Of a stretch of DNA of 64,000 nucleotides, positions 20,044 to 26,948 are shown piece after piece. The stretch comes from an uncultured Pseudomonadota bacterium. Lineage in GTDB: Bacteria > Myxococcota_A > UBA796 > SXON01. The position numbers and the translations under genes are program-made. The stretch spans positions 74,426-138,425 of the forward strand of contig CAIXRH010000199.1 in NCBI GenBank assembly GCA_903921785.1, in the 5' to 3' direction. The notes below the pieces were generated by a model. The model was not told where the DNA came from. It saw nothing but the letters and a program-made list of their open reading frames with translations, and searched no databases. Each line of letters begins with the position of its first letter. The first letter of the stretch is position 1.

Positions 20044-20928
20044 TCATGGTTCACCCGCCGGACCGATCTTCACACCCTCTGCGCGAAGTGCAGCCTCAAA
20101 AGCCAGATCATCCGCGGGGCTCACGTAGACGTTGCGGTCGCCGAGGACCCACCAGCCGAGCTTGACGTTCGTCGCCGCCATGTGCGCCCACCGCCCACCG
20201 CCGCGAAAGAGCCCCAGGTAGAGCACCCAGGGGACCGCCGTTCCGGCCACCCGCGCCCCATTGCCGAGCGGGCCCTTCCACGCCCGGCCCCCTGCGAGCT
20301 TCACCCGCACGGTGCTGAACGAAGCAGGCACGAGCAGCTGCCCACCCTCGACGCGGTACACCATCCCCTTCACCTTCGCGAACACCAGCGCGAAGACCCC
20401 GGCGAGGATCAAGAGGGGGAGAACGGCGAGGGCGAAGAACCCTCCGGACCACGGCGGCGTCGGCACCATCGTATCATACGTGTTTCCCGGATTCTCCAGC
20501 GCCGCGAGGAACGCCGTCGGGTCCGGCGGACTGAGCCACAGCGGACGCCCACCCCCGTTGACCTCTACGAGCACCCCAGCGCGGCCACAGTCCCACGCCG
20601 CCTGCACCGGTCCGAGGTCATCGAGCGTCCACTCGCCAGAACAATACCCCGGCATCCCCGTGCCGAACGTACGCCGCGCGCCGCCGGTGAGGGTGACCGC
20701 CCGCGCGGGACCGAGCGCCGAGCGAGCCACGACCCGGTCCTCGGAGAAGAGCCCGAGATGGGCGTCAATCCGCAACTCCGACGGAGTGACGTGGTATCCG
20801 AGCACCGGGTCCCCGCCGGTCCCCGCCAAGACCAGCCCGCTGCTCGCGAGGAGGATTCCTCCGAAGAGCACCCCCTGAACCCAGGCGGCGACACGGGAGA
20901 TTGGCAGGGCCGGGAACGACGCGGTCAC
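20044..20928 (-). CDS. Hypothetical membrane protein
   Basis: GTG 20928 forms a GTGA overlap with the protease-gene stop. Two hydrophobic helices: VLFGGILLASSGLVLAG and FFALAVLPLLILAGVFALVFA. No family recognised. Confidence 0.55.
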   Translation of the reverse strand: MTASFPALPISRVAAWVQGVLFGGILLASSGLVLAGTGGDPVLGYHVTPSELRIDAHLGLFSEDRVVARSALGPARAVTLTGGARRTFGTGMPGYCSGEWTLDDLGPVQAAWDCGRAGVLVEVNGGGRPLWLSPPDPTAFLAALENPGNTYDTMVPTPPWSGGFFALAVLPLLILAGVFALVFAKVKGMVYRVEGGQLLVPASFSTVRVKLAGGRAWKGPLGNGARVAGTAVPWVLYLGLFRGGGRWAHMAATNVKLGWWVLGDRNVYVSPADDLAFEAALRAEGVKIGPAGEP

Positions 20929-21914
20929 GACGTCGAGTCCCGACGGGTGGTGCGCCGCCGCGTGACGGCAGCCAGGCCCGCGGCGAGGACAAACCACGCA
21001 CCAGCTCCTGCGTCGGCGGTCGCGCAGAGCCCTGCGGGTTCTTCCGTATGCCCGACTCCACCTGGCTTGCCAGTGTCGGCGCCGTCGTCCGTGTCCTCCC
21101 CGCCGCCTGTGTCCTGCCCGCCGGTGTCGACGGTCCCCGTGTCGCCCCCGCCCTCGTCGACCGTCACGTCTGGCACCTCGGCGAGGAGCCAGTCCAGGTA
21201 GAGGTCCACGCGGGTGTCCCCCGAGATGCTTCCGGCACAGATCGTGCCATCGTCGTCGCGGCCGAACGAGTGTACGCCGACTTCGGCGCCCACCTCCCCC
21301 GCGTTGAGCGCGAAGACGGGCGCGCCGCTGTCCCCGCCGCAGGTCGCCGAGCCGTTCTCCCCATCGTAGCCGAGGAGGAACTCGGTCTCGAAACCGTTGA
21401 GCGGAATATCGGCCACGCGCTTGTAGTAGCCCTGGTCACCCGCGGTGTCCGAGCTGGCACCCCAGCCGACGTAGCGGAAGTTCGTCCCGATGTCGGCGTC
21501 CGTCGGCGCCGAGGCGTTGAGCGCGTGCGGCTGTAGGTCGTAGGGCTCGTCGAGGTACACCAGGCCCAGGTCCGCGACGATCTCCATGCCGTCAGAGGAT
21601 ACGGAATAATCCGGATGCATCTTCCAGTCCGAGGCGAGGCGCTCGGGCACGTCTTTCGTCCATACTGAACCCGAGGAGACGCGAATGTCGGTGAGGTTGT
21701 ACCCTGATACATCACTGAGACAATGCGCCGCGGTCAGCACCACGGAGGGCGTGATCAGCGTGCCCGTACAGATGAACGCCACGTTGCCGTCGGCGGTGGT
21801 GTGCCGGAGCAAGACCACCTCGGGGTAGTCGTCGGTGCGCTCTCCGCGGACGATGGGCGGCGGCGCCGCGGCGAGGGTCATCGGGGTCAGGAGCGCGAAG
21901 AAGGCGATCAGCAT
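20925..21914 (-). CDS. Trypsin-like (S1) serine protease with a MYXO-CTERM-like tail
   Basis: Has a signal peptide. Catalytic contexts LTAAHC and CGGDSGAP are present. The C-terminal D/T/G linker is followed by GLCATADAGAGAWFVLAAGLAAVTRRR. Confidence 0.85.
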   Translation of the reverse strand: MLIAFFALLTPMTLAAAPPPIVRGERTDDYPEVVLLRHTTADGNVAFICTGTLITPSVVLTAAHCLSDVSGYNLTDIRVSSGSVWTKDVPERLASDWKMHPDYSVSSDGMEIVADLGLVYLDEPYDLQPHALNASAPTDADIGTNFRYVGWGASSDTAGDQGYYKRVADIPLNGFETEFLLGYDGENGSATCGGDSGAPVFALNAGEVGAEVGVHSFGRDDDGTICAGSISGDTRVDLYLDWLLAEVPDVTVDEGGGDTGTVDTGGQDTGGGEDTDDGADTGKPGGVGHTEEPAGLCATADAGAGAWFVLAAGLAAVTRRRTTRRDSTS

Positions 21915-22096
21915 CCGCGGGCTCTAGCCTGTCTCGGGTCATTTCAAAATGGTTCACGGGCAAGCCGTACGCGGGCGCTCGCCGCCGCCACCTCCCGGTG
22001 GCCCGAGTCCAGCGCGGTGAGCGGCAGGGCGTAGCCGGGGGCACCCGTCGGTCGGGTCCGCCCGTCGCGATCCGGGGCCGGTGCTACCTTGTCCGC

Positions 22097-22867
22097 ATGC
22101 TCTCCCTGCTCTTCGCCTGTGCCACCGCCACCAACGACAGCGCCGCCCCGACCGACACGGGCCTGCCCGCCGACACGGCCGACACCGCCGCCGATACGGG
22201 CGACACCGTCGACTCCGCGGCGGACACCGCCGACACCGCGGACTCCGCAACCGACACCGCCGACTCCGGCGCCGACACCGGCCCGAGCTACTATCGAGAT
22301 GTGTGGCCGGTCTACCGCGACGTGTGCGGCGACTGCCATTGGGACTGGGGCGGCGTGGCCAGCCCCGACGCGGTCTACGACACCCTCCTCAACGGCACCT
22401 TCGCGGACCCCTTCGTCATCCCCGGCGACCGTGATGCCAGCTGGCTGTACGACAAGATCGCCCACGACGCCCCGGCCGACCGCAAGCAGCGGATGCCCCC
22501 CGCCACCCCGTTGGTCGACGACGTCACCCTCACCGCGCTCGCCGACTGGATCGACGCCGGCGCCGCCAACGACGACGCGTGGAGGGGCGTGTTCAACAAC
22601 GTCTGGATGAACCGCCACTGCCACAACTGCCACGACGAGTGGGGGCAGGACCCCGACACGGTCCTGGGGAACCTGCTGAGCGAGACCTCCGGCGGGATGC
22701 CCCTGGTGGACCCGGGCAACCACGCGAACAGCTACGTGTACCTGAAGATCGCCTGGGACCCGCCGCCCGACTACGGAAGCCAGATGCCGAAGACCTTCGC
22801 CTACCTCGACGCCGACACCATCGAGGCGATCGGCCTCTGGATCGACGCGGGGGCGCCAGACAACTGA
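22097..22867 (+). CDS. Di-haem lipoprotein with two tandem Planctomycete-cytochrome-c (PSCyt1)-like modules
   Basis: ATG 22097 gives the lipobox MLSLLFAC, followed by a ~55-aa D/T/A/S linker. Two CxxCH sites (CGDCH, CHNCH) are each followed by ...PG...S/A...(R/Q)MP...(L/I)xxWIDAGA, the PSCyt1 pattern. Confidence 0.7.
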   Translation: MLSLLFACATATNDSAAPTDTGLPADTADTAADTGDTVDSAADTADTADSATDTADSGADTGPSYYRDVWPVYRDVCGDCHWDWGGVASPDAVYDTLLNGTFADPFVIPGDRDASWLYDKIAHDAPADRKQRMPPATPLVDDVTLTALADWIDAGAANDDAWRGVFNNVWMNRHCHNCHDEWGQDPDTVLGNLLSETSGGMPLVDPGNHANSYVYLKIAWDPPPDYGSQMPKTFAYLDADTIEAIGLWIDAGAPDN

Positions 22868-22873
22868 CGCGCG

Positions 22874-25219
22874 CTACCCCGCGTCGGCGGGCGCCGGCGC
22901 CGGCTCGGGCACCGGGGCGGCCGGCGGGGCGGCTTCGGGCGGGGCCGTCGCCGCGTCGGCAGGCACGACCTCGGCCGCCGTCGGGGAGAAGGGCCCGAGG
23001 TCGAGGTGCAAGGCGCTGGAGAGCTCCGCCCGCCACGCCCAGATCACCGCGAAGAGCACGAAGAGCACGGCGAGCGTGGTGAGGATGCCGGGCAACGGAC
23101 CGTCGCCAGCATCCTTGCCCGCGGTGCGTGCGCCATCCGGGAGCTCCGGCCGCTCCGTGATCAGGGCGGCGACCGGGCGTTCGATCCGGAGGCGGTGGTT
23201 CACGCCCCAGCCGCTGCCTTCGAGGAGCGCCGCGACGTCGCGCCGACGGAGCTTCACCCACGCGAGCGTGGCGGTCGGCACCACGAACGCCGATGCGACA
23301 CCCACCGCGACCCCCACGAGGCCCAGCGGCGAGAGGGAGGAGATGAACCCGCCCATCAAGGCGAACGCCGACCCGAGGGCGGCGATGGCGATGGAACCGC
23401 CGGTGAACATCGCGGTGAGGGCGGCCGCGTTCATCCCCGGGCTGGAGGCCGGGGCCTTCGCCGCCGCGCCGACCACCGGAGGCGTCGCGGCCGCGCCGGC
23501 CTGCGCCGCGCTGATCGCCGTCGCGCCCACCGAGGACGCCTGATCCACCCCGGACGCCGCGGCGCTCGTCGCCGCCTCCGAGGCCTTGGCGGTGAGCTCC
23601 GCCTCCGCGGCCGCCTGCCGCCGCTCCAACCAGCCCTCCACCGCGCCCTGGATTGCCGCGAGCGGCGCGAAGATGGCCTCCATGATCGAGATCGGGTTGC
23701 GCATCACCTTGTTGATCTGGGCGAGCAGCTCGTTGCCGTCGCGGTCGATGAACGCGCAGAATGCTCCTTCAATCAGCGTTCCCCGCTCGCCCGCGGTCAC
23801 GGGGACGACCACCTCGTAGTCCCACGCGCCGGCCCGCCGCCCCACGTTCGCGTAGACCAGGAACGTGCTGGAGAGCCCGGCGAACGCCACGCTGCGGGTC
23901 TTGTCCGGGACGCGGATGGCCAGCTTGAAGCGACGGCCATCCGCGATGAGCTCACCCATGTTGAACATCGGCTGGCGGCCGTCGCGGAACAGGTCGGTGC
24001 AGCTCACGAACGACGAGGTGAACGTGACCAGGAGTGAGGTGAACAGAACCAGCCGCTCGACCGAGTCGAAGCCCGCGACGATCGCCGCGCTCTCCTTGCT
24101 CTGCTCCAAAAGCGCCTCCACCCGGGCGGGCAGCTCGGCGGACGCGAGGTGCGCCGCAACGAGCGCGTCATCCCGGCCCTTCGCCGCGTCCCGGGGGCGT
24201 CCCGCGACCCAGGCTTCGTACGGAGCGAGACGCGCTCGGAGGGCGGTCCACGCCGCGCGGTCGAAGCCGTCGTCCCCGAAGCCGAGCGGGATCGCGGCGG
24301 CGTCGAAGAGCGCGTGAACGGCGGCGGCCCACGCCGGATTCAACGCGATGTCCCGACGCAACCGCCCGTCCACGGCCGGGCGCGCCAGGGGCGCCTGCAC
24401 CAGCAGGGCGGCGACCTCGCCCGCATCGAGCAGGACCTTCCCCTCGCCGAGCTCGATCCGCGGCCAGGCACGCTCCGCCACCGCGGGGTCCACCGCCGCG
24501 GCGTCCGCGAGCGTGAACCAGGCGTCGACCTTCGTCGCGACGACGGCGACCGCCGCCGCGGCCGCCGGCGTCCGCTCCCCGAGCGGGTTCACCTCCGTGA
24601 CCGCGTCCGGCGTCACGAGCCGCCCGCGCTCGACCCAGTCGGTCCACGCGACGAGGTCCGCCCGGAAGGTGGCGAGGGTCTCCGCCGAGAGCGCGGGGTC
24701 ACCGGAGGGGTGCGGCGCCCCCCCGGTCACGTCGATCGCGTGGAGGACGTAGGCCCGCAGGGCTTCGTCCTCGCCCGCGGCGGCGGGGAGCACCCGGTCC
24801 GCCGTGGCGAGGCCCTTCGCCTCTTCTTCCGCGTGGACCTTCCGAACCTGATCCAGCGTCACCGCGTTGGCGTTGCTGGCGCCGGCACGCGCCAGCACGG
24901 TCTGCGCCGACGCGCGCAGCGCGGGATCCTTGATCGCGGCGAGCACCAGCGGACCCGGCGCGTTCTTGACCTCCCCCGGCTGGGAGAGCTGGTCGAAAGT
25001 CCACCGGATGGCGTCCTTCACGTCGCGGAGGCCGATCCGCCCGTCGTGGTCGGGATCGAGCTGGGCGAGGAGCCCGGGGTCCCCGTGCAACGTCGCGATC
25101 GGGGCGCTGGTGGCGATCCACAACGCGTCGTCCAGCGTGAGCACCTGCCGAAGCGATTCGGCGTCGTCGATCTCAAGGTGCCAGGCGCGGCCGAGGCGGG
25201 CGAAACGCAGTGCGGACAT
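22874..25219 (-). CDS. Large uncharacterised membrane protein with an N-terminal EF-hand-like loop
   Basis: ATG 25219 lies inside the 1137-aa ORF and gives 781 aa. DPDHDGRIGLRD fits the 12-residue EF-hand loop. The middle is Ala-rich and helical. The C-terminal third has about three TM helices and ends in a Pro/Ala tail. No family recognised. Confidence 0.6.
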   Translation of the reverse strand: MSALRFARLGRAWHLEIDDAESLRQVLTLDDALWIATSAPIATLHGDPGLLAQLDPDHDGRIGLRDVKDAIRWTFDQLSQPGEVKNAPGPLVLAAIKDPALRASAQTVLARAGASNANAVTLDQVRKVHAEEEAKGLATADRVLPAAAGEDEALRAYVLHAIDVTGGAPHPSGDPALSAETLATFRADLVAWTDWVERGRLVTPDAVTEVNPLGERTPAAAAAVAVVATKVDAWFTLADAAAVDPAVAERAWPRIELGEGKVLLDAGEVAALLVQAPLARPAVDGRLRRDIALNPAWAAAVHALFDAAAIPLGFGDDGFDRAAWTALRARLAPYEAWVAGRPRDAAKGRDDALVAAHLASAELPARVEALLEQSKESAAIVAGFDSVERLVLFTSLLVTFTSSFVSCTDLFRDGRQPMFNMGELIADGRRFKLAIRVPDKTRSVAFAGLSSTFLVYANVGRRAGAWDYEVVVPVTAGERGTLIEGAFCAFIDRDGNELLAQINKVMRNPISIMEAIFAPLAAIQGAVEGWLERRQAAAEAELTAKASEAATSAAASGVDQASSVGATAISAAQAGAAATPPVVGAAAKAPASSPGMNAAALTAMFTGGSIAIAALGSAFALMGGFISSLSPLGLVGVAVGVASAFVVPTATLAWVKLRRRDVAALLEGSGWGVNHRLRIERPVAALITERPELPDGARTAGKDAGDGPLPGILTTLAVLFVLFAVIWAWRAELSSALHLDLGPFSPTAAEVVPADAATAPPEAAPPAAPVPEPAPAPADAG

Positions 25220-25275
25220 GGGGACTTCCGGGAGGGCCGCAGGTCTATCCCGAAGCCGCGGCCGTGGCCCGCAGC

Positions 25276-26130
25276 TCAGCCTCCGACCAACACCACGCGC
25301 TGGATGTCCCAGGTCGTACGCCGTCCGGTGAGCCGCGGCGCCCAGTCGGGGTGCCCTTCGTCCCAACGCCAACGAAAGCCCGCGCGCTCCACCCGCGCCC
25401 GCATCGCCGGCGGCTCCTCGTGGTGGCGGAACTGCTCCCCCGCCGCCGCCACGACGACCGCGACCGAACGCCGCAGCAGCTCGATCCGCCCGCTCCCGCT
25501 GCGGCTGTAGCTGATCGCCAGGAGGCTGCCCGCCGCCAGGAGGCCTCGGAGAATACGTAGTGTCGCGTCGATCGCCTCGGAGGGCAGGTACATCACCACC
25601 CCCTCCCAGAGCACCGTAGCGGGCAAGCGCGCGTCGAAGCCGGCGGCGAGGAGCTTGGCGTCCAACGCGTCCTTCTCGAAGTCCACGCCGACGAAGCGGA
25701 CCTCCCGCGCCACGGAGGGGAGGCCGGCGAGGCGCTCCCGCTTGAAGGCCTGGGTGTCGGGGTGATCGACCTCGAAGACGACCGCGTCGGCCAGCGCGTC
25801 TCCGAGGCGCCACGCCCGGGCGTCGAGCCCGGCGCCGAGCAGGACCACCTGACGGATGCCCGCCGCCGCGCCCTCGCGCACCACGTCGTCGAGCACACGG
25901 GTGCGGTACGACATGAAGCGCGTGCGCCCGCCGCTGAGGCGATCCCCCGCGCCCACCATCACCCTGGCGAGCGGCGGGGCGACGTCGGCGGCCGCGAGCA
26001 TCGTCGACCACGGGGGCCCAAGCAGGGCGCGCGCCACCCGATCCTCGTGGATCGACGGCACCTCGTGGTGGCCGAGCCCGCGCGCGAACGCCACCCACTG
26101 GGCCGTGCGACTCGGCTCCCCGGGCCGCAT
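25276..26130 (-). CDS. Class I SAM-dependent methyltransferase (TIGR00027 / leucine carboxyl methyltransferase-like)
   Basis: Motifs RTAQWVAFARG, VVLLGAGLDARAWR and VFEVDHPDTQAFKR are characteristic of this family. The ATG overlaps the upstream stop (TGATG). Confidence 0.75.
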   Translation of the reverse strand: MRPGEPSRTAQWVAFARGLGHHEVPSIHEDRVARALLGPPWSTMLAAADVAPPLARVMVGAGDRLSGGRTRFMSYRTRVLDDVVREGAAAGIRQVVLLGAGLDARAWRLGDALADAVVFEVDHPDTQAFKRERLAGLPSVAREVRFVGVDFEKDALDAKLLAAGFDARLPATVLWEGVVMYLPSEAIDATLRILRGLLAAGSLLAISYSRSGSGRIELLRRSVAVVVAAAGEQFRHHEEPPAMRARVERAGFRWRWDEGHPDWAPRLTGRRTTWDIQRVVLVGG

Positions 26131-26948
26131 CAGTCCAGACGCTTGAGCACGTGGAAGCCGACCGGAGACTCAAGCACGGCGCTGGTCCCCCCGATGTCCA
26201 GGTCGAACGCAGGATCGTCGAGCTGGGGCATGAGCTGGTGGCGACCGAACCAGCCGAGATCCCCGGCGTCGTCGCCGAGCGGGCCATCGGAGTACTTCCG
26301 CACCACCGTGCCCCAGTCGGCGCCGCCTTCGAGCTCCTTCTTCGCGGCTTCGGCGCGCGCCCGCGCGTCCTCCTTGCCGCGGGTCACCCCGGGGAGCGAC
26401 TTCTCGGAGCCGGAGAAGCCCACCATGAGCTGGGCGCAGTGCACCTCCACCAGCTCGTCGCGGCGGATCACGTGGAACCCAAACGGCGTCTCCACGACCG
26501 CGCCGATCTCGCCCGGCTGGAGGGCGGTGACCGCATCCTCGAAGGGCTTCACCATCTTCCCGGTGCCGAACGCGCCGAGGCTGCCCCCACGCGCCGCGGT
26601 GGAGTCGTCGCTGTACTTCTTGGCCAACGCCGCGAAGTCCGCACCGGGGGCGATGGCCTGCTTTCGCACGTCGTCGGCGAGGGCGCGGGCCTCCTCCCGC
26701 GTGCGCGTGATCTCTGGGGGGGCCTTCATCGCCTCGGCGTACGCGATGAGGATGTGGCTCGCGGCCACCCGATCCTTGGTGCGAGCGGGGACCCGCGGCG
26801 CGTCAGGGTTGGTGGACTTCGTGGCCACGGGCGCGTCGACCGTCGGGGCGACGGGCGCATCCGCCGGGGCAGCTTCCGGAGCCGGCGCGGCCGGCGAGTC
26901 ACTTCCGCAGGCCGAGAGGAGGAGGACGAAGGTGAGGGTGCGCATCAC
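26130..26948 (-). CDS. Parvulin-type peptidyl-prolyl isomerase lipoprotein (two rotamase domains)
   Basis: Lipobox LLLSAC. Two PpiC modules end in ETPFGFHVIRR and ESPVGFHVLKR. GTG 26948 or ATG 26945 overlaps the upstream stop. Confidence 0.8.
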   Translation of the reverse strand: MMRTLTFVLLLSACGSDSPAAPAPEAAPADAPVAPTVDAPVATKSTNPDAPRVPARTKDRVAASHILIAYAEAMKAPPEITRTREEARALADDVRKQAIAPGADFAALAKKYSDDSTAARGGSLGAFGTGKMVKPFEDAVTALQPGEIGAVVETPFGFHVIRRDELVEVHCAQLMVGFSGSEKSLPGVTRGKEDARARAEAAKKELEGGADWGTVVRKYSDGPLGDDAGDLGWFGRHQLMPQLDDPAFDLDIGGTSAVLESPVGFHVLKRLD

